From positions 4,695 to 68,694 of the forward strand of contig CAZWPK010000005.1 of the NCBI GenBank assembly GCA_964635905.1: DNA of 64,000 bases. Reading direction: 5' to 3'. Shown one piece after another: positions 19,556 to 28,540 of the stretch; the first letter of the stretch is position 1; every line of letters begins with the position of its first letter. The notes under the pieces were generated by a model that did no database searches, was not told where the DNA came from, and saw only the letters and a program-made list of their open reading frames with translations. The DNA is from an uncultured Pseudomonadales bacterium (GTDB lineage: Bacteria > Patescibacteriota > Microgenomatia > UBA1400 > UBA12028). The position numbers and the translations under genes were made by a program.

Positions 19556-19906
19556 CTATTCACTATCCTTCACCTTTTCATCTATCGTATCAGTTTTTGT
19601 TGCGACAATGACTTCGTTTTTCTCTTTAATAATAAATAATTCTCGTAAAACGTCATCCATCAAGCGAATGTCGCGCTCAAATGCTTGAGCCACCAAAGTA
19701 TCCAATTCCAAATCAAAGAGCACATAAAAAGCTTCATTTTGCTTCTTAATCAGGTAAGCCAGTTGGCGTTTTCCTAACGATTCACTGTTAAGAACCTTAC
19801 CGCCTCTGGTTTCCACGTGCTTGGAAATTTGAGTAATGGTCGCCTTTAATTGCTCTGGCGAGAAGTTTGATGGTACTAACACCATCAGTTCGTACTGTTT
19901 GACCAT
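19556..19906 (-). CDS. rpsF: 30S ribosomal protein S6
   Basis: MVKQYELMVLV...GKRQLAYLIKKQNEAFYVLFDLE. Start at the internal Met of track ORF 19556..20059. Forms the classical rpsF-ssb-rpsR operon. Confidence 0.85.
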   Translation of the reverse strand: MVKQYELMVLVPSNFSPEQLKATITQISKHVETRGGKVLNSESLGKRQLAYLIKKQNEAFYVLFDLELDTLVAQAFERDIRLMDDVLRELFIIKEKNEVIVATKTDTIDEKVKDSE

Positions 19907-20092
19907 AAGGTCTTTCCTTTCTACACTGTTCAAGCCGTAAAGGGATAGGATCATCAACCGGTAGGTTAATGAGGCGTGAACTCCCATAGTATACCAGAGG
20001 AGAAAACAAATTTCCAGACGGTTTCGTCCTCTTTTTACTCGAGAAATATGGATTGACACACCTAGTCATCCTTTGTATGCTTCCAAACGGTA

Positions 20093-20866
20093 TTGGTATT
20101 GATGTCACTTGGTATGGACACACTAGACACGCAACAAGAAATTGACCGTATTGTGCAGTTTCTACAGGAAACGTTTGAAAAGACACAAAAATCGCAGGCA
20201 ATCGTCGCGATTTCCGGCGGCATTGACTCCGCACTCTCCTTGTCACTAGTAGCAAAAGCATTGCCACCGCACCAGATTCACCCCCTCTTTTTGCCCTATA
20301 ACGGACAGTCGATTGAGGATAGCCAACGCATTGCCGCTTGGAACAAGATCCCCGAAGAGAATTGGGAAACGCTGGCAATTGATCCGGTCGTATCCAGTTT
20401 AGAAACGTTCTTGAGCACAAGCTCGTCGGACCGACTTCGCAAAGGAAATGTGATGGCCAGAGTTCGCATGATCGCCGTCTTTGATCGTGCGAAGAAATGG
20501 GACGCTTTAGTCTGTGGTACGGAAAACAAATCGGAACACTACCTGGGATACTTCACTCGATTCGGAGATGCCGCATCCGACATCGAGCCAATCGCGCACT
20601 TATACAAAACGCAGGTACGAGAACTGGTGCGTTTCCTAGGACTTCCTTCACAATTTTTACAGAAAGCTCCCAGCGCGGGATTATGGTCGAATCAAACGGA
20701 TGAACAAGAAATGGGATTTTCCTATGAGGATGCTGACCGGGTTATTGCCTATTACTTAAAAGAAGCCCCAAAGCCAGAGCTTTCTACAGATTCGATTGAA
20801 AAAATTCTAACGTCCATCGATCGCAATGCTTTTAAACGGGTTGTCCCCTATACCTTGGCTAGGTAA
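20093..20866 (+). CDS. nadE: NH3-dependent NAD+ synthetase
   Basis: PP-loop AISGGIDSALSLSL, plus MARVRMIAVFDRA and GTENKSEHYLGYFTRFGD. Confidence 0.85.
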   Translation: MVLMSLGMDTLDTQQEIDRIVQFLQETFEKTQKSQAIVAISGGIDSALSLSLVAKALPPHQIHPLFLPYNGQSIEDSQRIAAWNKIPEENWETLAIDPVVSSLETFLSTSSSDRLRKGNVMARVRMIAVFDRAKKWDALVCGTENKSEHYLGYFTRFGDAASDIEPIAHLYKTQVRELVRFLGLPSQFLQKAPSAGLWSNQTDEQEMGFSYEDADRVIAYYLKEAPKPELSTDSIEKILTSIDRNAFKRVVPYTLAR

Positions 20867-20894
20867 TTCCTGCAGTTTCTTTGGCAAACTTCCA

Positions 20895-21977
20895 TTAGGC
20901 ACCGATCGCAAATTCGACGATGTCACCTTCTTGCATGCGATAGTCACGACCTTCTTGGCGCATTTTCCCTTGTTCTTTGACGCCTTTCCATCCACCGTAC
21001 TCCACAAAATCAGCATAGGAGGCAATCAAGGCTTTGATAAATTTCTTGGAGAAATCGGTGTGAATCACCCCGGCTGCTTCTTGGGCAGTCATTCCATGGC
21101 GAATAGTCCACGCGCGAACTTCTTTTTCACCGGCCGTTAAAAAGCTTTGTAGTCCGAGTGTTTGATACGCAGTCTCGGCAAGTCGCTCCAACCCACTTTT
21201 TTCTATCCCTAGTTCCTTTAAATAGGTTTGCTGATCTTCAATGGAAAGAACCGACAGTTCACTTTCAATTTTCGCCGAGATAATCACAATTTGTTTGGTC
21301 ATGACGCCAAGCTCTTTGGCAAACTGCGCGGTGAGTTCACTTGCTTTTGAGATTTGGTCTTCATCAACGTTGATGGTACAGATTTCAGGTTTTGTGGAGA
21401 GTAAACAGAGTTCCTTGGCAATAGATTGCTGTTCTGGGGTTAGAGTATTCCAGGGTAATTGGTTTCCGGCATCCAGGTGTTGTTTGAAAAACTGAATAAT
21501 TTCCCATCGCTCCTTGGCCTCCGGTGTAACCGAGCCTTTAGGCTGCGGTTGTTTTTCAAGCGTGGAAAGATCTGCTAGCATCAACTCCGTTCGAATGGTT
21601 TCTAAATCGGATAACGGGTTTACTGCACCTTCGCGGATAATCTCTGGATCACTAAAGGAACGTAAGACATGACAAATGGTTGCGGTTTCGCGGATATGGG
21701 AGAGAAACTGATTGCCCAGTCCCTCACCCTTCGAGGCACCTTTGACGAGCCCGGCAATATCCACAAATTCCACGGTAGCTGGCTTGAGCACTTCGGTATT
21801 TACAATCTCGGCCAACACTGAAAGTCGAGGATCTGGTACTTGGGCAATCCCAACGTTGGGCTCGATGGTGGCAAAGGGATAATTGGCAGCCAGTGCCACT
21901 TGCTGTTTGAGTAAGGCATTAAATAAGGTGGACTTACCGACATTAGGTAGACCGACAATTCCTATGGATAAATTCAT
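20895..21977 (-). CDS. ychF: Ribosome-binding ATPase YchF (Obg-like GTPase family) with C-terminal TGS domain
   Basis: [18 protein letters not shown] (G1), ATIEPNVG, and C-terminal TGS ([23 protein letters not shown]). Start at MNLSIGIVG. Confidence 0.9.
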   Translation of the reverse strand: MNLSIGIVGLPNVGKSTLFNALLKQQVALAANYPFATIEPNVGIAQVPDPRLSVLAEIVNTEVLKPATVEFVDIAGLVKGASKGEGLGNQFLSHIRETATICHVLRSFSDPEIIREGAVNPLSDLETIRTELMLADLSTLEKQPQPKGSVTPEAKERWEIIQFFKQHLDAGNQLPWNTLTPEQQSIAKELCLLSTKPEICTINVDEDQISKASELTAQFAKELGVMTKQIVIISAKIESELSVLSIEDQQTYLKELGIEKSGLERLAETAYQTLGLQSFLTAGEKEVRAWTIRHGMTAQEAAGVIHTDFSKKFIKALIASYADFVEYGGWKGVKEQGKMRQEGRDYRMQEGDIVEFAIGA

Positions 21978-22269
21978 ATCCCAATATATGGTTGAAATGT
22001 GGGATGTTCCCAACTACCTCAACCTTTCTCTCATCATAAATAGTTACTATGGCGATTATATCGTGGATTGTCTTGATTTTATCTTCCAGATCAAGAAGTT
22101 GAATAATCACTTGTGCTTACCGCCTAATCCATCGAGAATATCCGCGTTTATAACACGTGTAGAAAAAACATCTACCCATTACTCGAAAATTCTTTCACTG
22201 GATTTTTCACTGTCATCTTCAACCTATTCTGGGTAGAAAGCAGAACCTAGGAAACAGAAAAAGCAAAAA

Positions 22270-22488
22270 CTAATTCAGGAAATAATAACTACTTTTGGTA
22301 TCACCTTTTTTTCGAATAAAGCCCTTTTCCACTAAGCCACTAAGCAGTTTATGCGCCTGTTGGCGGGAAACATTGAACTCTTCAGAGATGTCTGCTGAAG
22401 TTACTTGTATGTAAACATTATTGTAAACTATATTAAGGACCCCAAGAAGCTTCGAATACCACGAAGAAGCCTGATGCTTGTGACATTG
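22270..22488 (-). pseudogene. Start-less reading frame encoding a C-terminal winged-helix DNA-binding domain; probable gene remnant
   Basis: A 72-codon minus-strand frame bounded upstream by TGA, with no ATG/GTG/TTG. It ends in ...ISEEFNVSRQQAHKLLSGLVEKGFIRKKGDTKSSYYFLN, a typical C-terminal wHTH of Schlafen/AlbA-type or DeoR-like regulators. Confidence 0.35.
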
Positions 22489-22529
22489 TCAGGTCGTATA
22501 CAATAAGAAACAATTTTTTTCTTGGGTTG

Positions 22530-23174
22530 TTACTCGGTATCGTCGGTCGCACTCCAGGCGACAATTTTGTAGGCAACCACGGCTCCAAGCGCTCCCACTA
22601 TCTGCGCTCCGAGGTACCAGGAGATGAGTGCAGTCTGCGAAGAGATCGTTGTGTAGTGCTGCAATGCTGATCCAAGGAGAATTGCCGGGTTATAGACACT
22701 TCCCGAAATTTCCGCTCCGACTAAAACTCCTGCAAGCAAGACCATTCCAATTGCCAATCCATAAAACTGATTGCCCTTGTGTTTAGGAAAGGTCGCAACC
22801 ATGAGGACCACAAAACATAATGCTCCGGTGAAGATTCCTTCTACTAGTCCTGCATGCATCAGCGTGGATCCTTCTGGGAGTTTGATTGCAAATAGCGATC
22901 CAGAAATGGTGGAATAGACCACCGTTGCCAAGAGCGCACCTGCAATTTGAATAACCGTATACGTCAGGAAATCGACCATGGTGATCGCGCCTCGAAGCCA
23001 GGCTGCAAGTGAAACCGCAGGATTATAGTGCCCGCCACTCACACTCCCTCCTGCAAATATCAGAGCAATTAAGACTGCTGCAATCGAGAGCGGATGACCC
23101 GTAAAGGCAACCACCAAGGTTAGAAAAAAGACGCCTAAAAATTCGATCAGTAGTTTTCCAATGAGTGATTTCAT
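22530..23174 (-). CDS. MIP-family channel (aquaporin/glycerol facilitator)
   Basis: Two NPA boxes (SGGHYNPAVS and SGSVYNPAIL) in six TM helices. Confidence 0.9.
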   Translation of the reverse strand: MKSLIGKLLIEFLGVFFLTLVVAFTGHPLSIAAVLIALIFAGGSVSGGHYNPAVSLAAWLRGAITMVDFLTYTVIQIAGALLATVVYSTISGSLFAIKLPEGSTLMHAGLVEGIFTGALCFVVLMVATFPKHKGNQFYGLAIGMVLLAGVLVGAEISGSVYNPAILLGSALQHYTTISSQTALISWYLGAQIVGALGAVVAYKIVAWSATDDTE

Positions 23175-23366
23175 AGCGCAATATCTCCACCACTTTAAAT
23201 GTATAAAGTAAGTGAGCAGACTATAGCAGGTGATTCTTGGGGTGACAAGACAGTATGGTCTAACAAATACCGAAGACTAGGTCCCAAAAGGGATCAACAG
23301 TTCAGTCAGAGGGCACTTTTAAGTGTAGCAAATCTAGACCACATTAAGCAGACGCGTTTTTCGTAT

Positions 23367-24482
23367 CTAACTGTGTACCATATAATGTTGAAGCAAAGCC
23401 ACGCCTTCCATTGTTTTGGCAGAAATAAAAAAACAGGTTTCTGACCGAAATTCTTCGTGGAGTTTCTCTTTTTTCTCTTGCGAAATGCGGTCTATCTTAT
23501 TGAAGACTAAGATCGCCTGTTGCCGCACTCCTAACTCTTTGAGAATCGTATCTACCGCTCGCTTCTTCTCCAGCAGCCGTGGGTCCGACGCATCTATGAC
23601 ATGCACTAGAACTTGCGCTTCTACCGACTCTAACAGAGTTGAACGAAACGCATCAATTAAGAAAGGGGGAAGATCATCAATAAAACCAATCGTATCGGAG
23701 ATAAGAATTTGGTTTTGATCCTTTAGTTTTCCAACCACCGTATCCAAGGTTGTAAACAGTGAAGCATTGGTTTCTTTCTGTTTGTCTGTCAATGCATTAA
23801 ACAATGTAGTTTTCCCGGCACTGGTGTACCCTACCAGAGCAGCGGTGTGTAACCCATCACGCTTCCGGTTTGCAATGATAACCTCTCGTTCATTGGCAAG
23901 TTGACGTAATCGTTTTTGGATCACCTGTTTACGATCTTTTATTTTTCGTCGCTCCCGCTCAATATTTGTTTCACCCAGTCCCCTGGTTCCAATTCCTCCA
24001 CCTTGGCGAGAGAAGACTGTAGCTCCCAATCCATAAATTCGAGGACCCAAATGATGAATCCGTGCAAATTCAATCTGCAGTTTGGCTTCTAAGGACGTGG
24101 CATGTTTATCAAAAATATTCAAAATGAGATCTACACGATCCCACACTTGAATACGCGTATTCACTTCCCAAATTGCTTTCTCGAGTCGAAATAATTGACC
24201 GGAATTTACAATACTATTTAAGACCACGACATCTGCGTTCAACAGTTTGACCGTCTGTTGAAGCCAAAGCAGTTTTCCTGGACCTATATAGGTAGAGGGA
24301 TGTGGATGAATGCGGTGCTGAACCGATCGAGCCACGATTTCTCCACCAAAAGTGTCTACCAGAAGTTCCAATTCCTCCATGTTTTCAATCGCCAAATCCT
24401 GATGGTAGTGGGTATGAATCACTTCAAGAAGAATGAAACGCAGTTTAGTAGAAACACGCTGGTCCGATGATTTGTTACTCAT
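23367..24482 (-). CDS. hflX: GTPase HflX
   Basis: HflX N-terminal domain plus G domain (VGYTSAGKTTLFNALT, DTIGFI, NKID). Confidence 0.85.
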   Translation of the reverse strand: MSNKSSDQRVSTKLRFILLEVIHTHYHQDLAIENMEELELLVDTFGGEIVARSVQHRIHPHPSTYIGPGKLLWLQQTVKLLNADVVVLNSIVNSGQLFRLEKAIWEVNTRIQVWDRVDLILNIFDKHATSLEAKLQIEFARIHHLGPRIYGLGATVFSRQGGGIGTRGLGETNIERERRKIKDRKQVIQKRLRQLANEREVIIANRKRDGLHTAALVGYTSAGKTTLFNALTDKQKETNASLFTTLDTVVGKLKDQNQILISDTIGFIDDLPPFLIDAFRSTLLESVEAQVLVHVIDASDPRLLEKKRAVDTILKELGVRQQAILVFNKIDRISQEKKEKLHEEFRSETCFFISAKTMEGVALLQHYMVHS

Positions 24483-24576
24483 GAGAAAGTCCTATTCTAT
24501 CTGTTGAGGTTCATTACGAACATAGCTCTTCTCTCTTTACTGGGTCTTTGCAGTACTGATTAACACAAATACGAGA

Positions 24577-25779
24577 TCACTTGGCTTTCAATCTTGGGGT
24601 AGCTACTTTGATTGAAAGAGGAACCACCAAAACAAGACTGAACACACCCAAAATTGTATACATCATTTTTACCCCACCAAAGTTTGAAATGATGGGACCC
24701 GAGATCAGGGTAATGAATACAAACGCGATTCCAATCATCATCGACAGCACTGAAATTGCAGTGGCGCGGTATTTCGATTCAAACAATTCATTGGTATACC
24801 GCGTTAGGATGATCCAACGTGCGGTTCCAGCCATCACTGCTCCCATCACAAAAGGTAATGCCCACACACCTTCAAAGAAAATTCCGGGCAAGAAACAAAT
24901 GGTCATTAAGATGGGGAAAAAGTAGATGGAGCGTTGGCGATTAAATAACTTTTCATTGCCTAGAAGTGCACGTAAAACGGACACATTTAGAATTCGAATC
25001 ATGCCCGCAATCAGACTACGATTCGTATCCGAAAACTGGAGTTCGACCAACATAAAATCAAAGAAATATAAGTTGTTGGTCCAGGTTAACGTCGACACTA
25101 CAATATAAAACAACGACATAAATCGAACACGTGTGGACTTAAATGCCTCTCTAAATCCCATCTTCATTTGTTCAAAATAGATCGAAACTGTGACCTTTTG
25201 AGAATCAATGGATGGTTCAATAAATCCAAAAGAAATAATTGCAGCTAATGCACAAGCTACGGCATACAGCACATACGGCAACGGAGACCAAAGTTGATAA
25301 AAGAATCCTCCTGAAAATGTTGCTGCTGCTAGGGCTAACTGAAAAATAATTCCATTTGTAGCCAAGGCTGAAGTAAACCCATTCGGATTTCCATCTTGTT
25401 TATAGGAGTCGTAGAGGAGTGCTTCTAGTGATCCAGACAACAATGCTTCTGCCAAACCCGCTAGCAACATCGCTGCTACTAAGGGGATAAAACCACTAGA
25501 TCCAATAATCAGGAGTGTTGCCAGCGTCCAGCCGATATATCCAGCAAGCACAGTCCATCGCCTACCGACGAGATCTGCCAAGGCTCCCGTAGGGAGTTCA
25601 AAAATCAATTGAAAAAAATATTGCAGTGCAACTAATAATGAGATCTGCGTAATACTGATACGTCCTTGGTAATACACAATCCAAATTGGAATGGTAAACA
25701 CAAGTGCGTACAAAAATTGAGACACGATGTAGATTCGAGTATTTCGTGGGGCGATCAAGGCAGTCATATCATCTTTCAA
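24577..25779 (-). CDS. MFS-family transporter
   Basis: 12 TM helices with the MFS loop motif GALADLVGRRW. Its start overlaps the upstream CofE-like gene by 11 nt. Confidence 0.7.
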   Translation of the reverse strand: MKDDMTALIAPRNTRIYIVSQFLYALVFTIPIWIVYYQGRISITQISLLVALQYFFQLIFELPTGALADLVGRRWTVLAGYIGWTLATLLIIGSSGFIPLVAAMLLAGLAEALLSGSLEALLYDSYKQDGNPNGFTSALATNGIIFQLALAAATFSGGFFYQLWSPLPYVLYAVACALAAIISFGFIEPSIDSQKVTVSIYFEQMKMGFREAFKSTRVRFMSLFYIVVSTLTWTNNLYFFDFMLVELQFSDTNRSLIAGMIRILNVSVLRALLGNEKLFNRQRSIYFFPILMTICFLPGIFFEGVWALPFVMGAVMAGTARWIILTRYTNELFESKYRATAISVLSMMIGIAFVFITLISGPIISNFGGVKMMYTILGVFSLVLVVPLSIKVATPRLKAK

Positions 25780-26575
25780 CCTTTTTCCAAGCTACTGCAT
25801 TAAGTAAGGGCGCAAAGACATCATCCTCAATTGCAATCGCAAGTTTTTGTAATTCCGCATCACTGGGATCCTGATCCACAAATTGAAGAAATGGGATATC
25901 AGAAATTACTGCCAGTGGAGTCGATTCATTTCCTTCACCCATGACGAGCACGGCACTAGCGGCTAGGCCTTCGGCATGATTTGCTTTTGTAACCTTTAGT
26001 TTCCTGCCAAAAAGATCAGGTTCCCCAATATAGTTATGCAGTGGCACAAACCCACTGTACGCAAGACAGGTGCCTAACACTCCCCATCGGAGGGGCAATA
26101 CATGACTATCAGTCAAAATGACTCCGACATTGTGCAAGTTGAATCGTCGTCGAATGTAGGCTCGAATTCGATTTGCGGATTGCGAAGGATTTTTTGGCCA
26201 TACGACATAATGGTTATCTCCATTCGACTCATCGATCCCCGCTGATGCAATCAGCGTATTATTTTTAACGGAAATCCAGAATCCATACTGATTAGTTTGG
26301 GCTGGTAAATAGAAATCTGCTTCTTGATGAACAAGTTCTTCCTTAGCTACGGAATCAATTGCCACAACGGCTCCTTCACAAAGGGAAACCACTTTTGACG
26401 TTACAGCGAGCACTTGATTCTCTTCAAGACTAGATACATAGGTATCCAAAAGTTTTTCTAAACTCAGCTCATTGGCTCGGATTGGCGCAGTTTTAATAGA
26501 ACGAACGTGCATATGGTCCCTATTATAACCGCACCCGGGTTGTCTCTGTTGCCGATTCTTAACAAATACAATCAA
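25769..26575 (-). CDS. CofE-family protein (F420-0:gamma-glutamyl ligase-like)
   Basis: Blocks LAVTSKVVSLCEG, ASAGIDESNG, GVILTDSHVLPLRWGVLG and AEGLAASAVLVMGEGNESTPLAVI align with the CofE blocks VCSTVISKAEG, NAGIDASN, ITDTNGRCFRRGVVG and LLMGEGGDGIPAVVV. The true start may be the internal MHVRSIKT. Confidence 0.65.
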   Translation of the reverse strand: MIVFVKNRQQRQPGCGYNRDHMHVRSIKTAPIRANELSLEKLLDTYVSSLEENQVLAVTSKVVSLCEGAVVAIDSVAKEELVHQEADFYLPAQTNQYGFWISVKNNTLIASAGIDESNGDNHYVVWPKNPSQSANRIRAYIRRRFNLHNVGVILTDSHVLPLRWGVLGTCLAYSGFVPLHNYIGEPDLFGRKLKVTKANHAEGLAASAVLVMGEGNESTPLAVISDIPFLQFVDQDPSDAELQKLAIAIEDDVFAPLLNAVAWKKVER

Positions 26576-26592
26576 AGTGATACACTAGTGCC

Positions 26593-27237
26593 ATGAACTC
26601 AAAACACGTTTTCCTTTCCATCGTAGCCCTTCCACTCTTCCTTGCAGGTTGCTCGACAACTTCTGCTCCTTCGGTTACACCTACACCGTCACCTACTGAA
26701 ATTGAAGAAACAACTGCAAATCAGTTAGAAACCATCCTTGCATCTGGCGGCTCCGCACGCTGCACCATGTCAAAAACAGATGGAACCAGTGAAATCACCT
26801 ACAGTATCAAAGGGAAAAAGATGCGCATGGAAGGTGCACCGGGGGCAACAACCCAAAACAATGGCTCAGTCATCAGTGATGGTTCCTATCTCTATATCTG
26901 GGAAAATGGCAAAACTGAAGGAATTAAATCAAAGATACCCACAGAACAAGAAATGGAAAAGTTGAAGGAGAAGTCCGAAGCATACATGCAAAATTCACCC
27001 AATTTATCGGATGACGCGGTCCGCAAAGAGTATGAGGATCAAGGGTATCGCATTGACTGCAAAGGTGCCCAAATTCCGGATTCAGAGTTTGTTCCACCAA
27101 CAACGATTAAGTTTACCGACACCACAGCTTTGATGGAAAATGCAGCCAAGATGATGGAGGAATCCTCCAAAGATCTCACTCCAGAACAAAAAGCGCAGAT
27201 GCAAAAGTACTTAAACCCAAGCAATCTAGAACAGTAA
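26593..27237 (+). CDS. Hypothetical lipoprotein
   Basis: Signal peptide with lipobox LAGC|S. Pro/Thr-rich linker and acidic C-terminus. No recognisable domain. Confidence 0.6.
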   Translation: MNSKHVFLSIVALPLFLAGCSTTSAPSVTPTPSPTEIEETTANQLETILASGGSARCTMSKTDGTSEITYSIKGKKMRMEGAPGATTQNNGSVISDGSYLYIWENGKTEGIKSKIPTEQEMEKLKEKSEAYMQNSPNLSDDAVRKEYEDQGYRIDCKGAQIPDSEFVPPTTIKFTDTTALMENAAKMMEESSKDLTPEQKAQMQKYLNPSNLEQ

Positions 27238-27260
27238 CGACTAGAGTCCTGGTCGGAGAA

Positions 27261-27446
27261 TTATTCCTGGGATGGGATCACAATCCACAGCAAGAGATAG
27301 GGAAGAATTCCTGGGAATCCTCCAGGGAGTGCCAGAAACACAAAGACGATACGCACGAGTGTGACATCAATCTCAAAATAGTTTGCGATTGCGGCACACA
27401 CTCCTCCGATTTTTTTACCTGCTCGTGGTCGCATTAATTTCTTCAT
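27261..27446 (-). CDS. PspC-domain protein
   Basis: RAGKKIGGVCAAIANYFEIDVTLVRIVFV is a canonical PspC domain followed by a TM helix. Confidence 0.75.
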   Translation of the reverse strand: MKKLMRPRAGKKIGGVCAAIANYFEIDVTLVRIVFVFLALPGGFPGILPYLLLWIVIPSQE

Positions 27447-28102
27447 AGTGGTGTTGATTGTACTACTGGTTTTGCAGCGGCAGCTTGCCGTTTCCGCATA
27501 AAATCATACACCAAGGATGCAACCTCGAGAATGGCGAACAGAAAAATAAGAATGGCCCAGACTGAAAGCTCCTGAAGAGCCACGTGCAAGAAAATAAACC
27601 AAAACAGGACATACACAAGTTTGTGAAGCCGTTTCCACCAACTACCCAATTTTTTGACACTGAAATCATTAGAAGTACTAAACAAGATAAATAGACCGAT
27701 AAAGGCTAGCATTCCCCAGATAATAAAGAGGGGTGGAGGAAATGGCGGAAACATTCCTGCCACTACAATCGGAATGACGTAACTAATTTCGGAGTGACAC
27801 AGCGCAAGAATAAAGGTGGAGATCCCAATATGACGGCGAAACATGAGACCTAGGGTAACGAGTGGGTGTTTTACTTGAAAACGGCCTGCCATTCCGGGAA
27901 TCGAGGCTAGAATAAAGAAACATAAGGCCAACTGTCCGCACTTCTCTCCCAGCGCACTGATCACTGGCGTGAGTGGATGCCCCACTACTAGGATATAGGC
28001 ACTTAACCCCAAAAAGAGTAGGGCTACAACATACCCTAATTGAAAAATTTTGATGATCCTTGATCGGTGTGCGGAAGCAAATGGAACAAGCGTCGTAAAC
28101 AT
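27443..28102 (-). CDS. Ferric-reductase-like transmembrane domain protein (MsrQ/YedZ-like, putative b-haem binding)
   Basis: Six TM helices with conserved His pairs in FRRHIGISTFILALCH and WKRLHKLVYVLFWFIFLHV (FRD/YedZ pattern). Overlaps the downstream pspC-domain gene by 4 nt. Confidence 0.5.
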   Translation of the reverse strand: MFTTLVPFASAHRSRIIKIFQLGYVVALLFLGLSAYILVVGHPLTPVISALGEKCGQLALCFFILASIPGMAGRFQVKHPLVTLGLMFRRHIGISTFILALCHSEISYVIPIVVAGMFPPFPPPLFIIWGMLAFIGLFILFSTSNDFSVKKLGSWWKRLHKLVYVLFWFIFLHVALQELSVWAILIFLFAILEVASLVYDFMRKRQAAAAKPVVQSTPL

Positions 28103-28222
28103 AAGAAGTATTGTAACGAATACATCGTGAAATACTATCGTAGTCGGCTGAAGTGAAACTTAAGAAGGCTTCTTACCTCTTTCTTTCCCAAATTAAATTT
28201 TACTTTGATATTCTAAAGCACT

Positions 28223-28537
28223 ATGAAACACCAGACTCTTCGCTTCGCTCTCTTATTTCTTTTCAACTTGGCTATACTTTCTCTCCTCCTCTTCGCAGTT
28301 TCACAACATGCCTTGCTTCTCTCAACCCAACTGAAAAACCCACTCGTTGGAAGTATTCCAATCCTCGCAGGTATCAGTGTGTTCTACCTCTTTGATAGTT
28401 TTAAAAAATTAATAAACATCAGTAACAGGAATACACATGAAGAAATTCAAAAAGTATTTCATTTTTGTTCCACTCGTTGTGTCTCTACGTTTGTCTTGGC
28501 GACTGTAACCCTGATCGTTCCGACGTTCATTCACTAG
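28223..28537 (+). CDS. Small hypothetical membrane protein (2-3 TM)
   Basis: ORF with hydrophobic helices. No homology recognisable. Confidence 0.35.
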   Translation: MKHQTLRFALLFLFNLAILSLLLFAVSQHALLLSTQLKNPLVGSIPILAGISVFYLFDSFKKLINISNRNTHEEIQKVFHFCSTRCVSTFVLATVTLIVPTFIH

Positions 28538-28540
28538 ACT

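Noticed and set aside
19797-20420. 207-aa minus-strand ORF spanning the rpsF start and the nadE 5' end
   Set aside because: It overlaps two well-supported genes and the divergent promoter region; the peptide is Arg/Ser-rich and non-protein-like.
21883-22236. 117-aa plus-strand ORF
   Set aside because: Its 5' half is antisense to the ychF N-terminus and the remainder runs through the AT-rich gene-remnant region; no motif.
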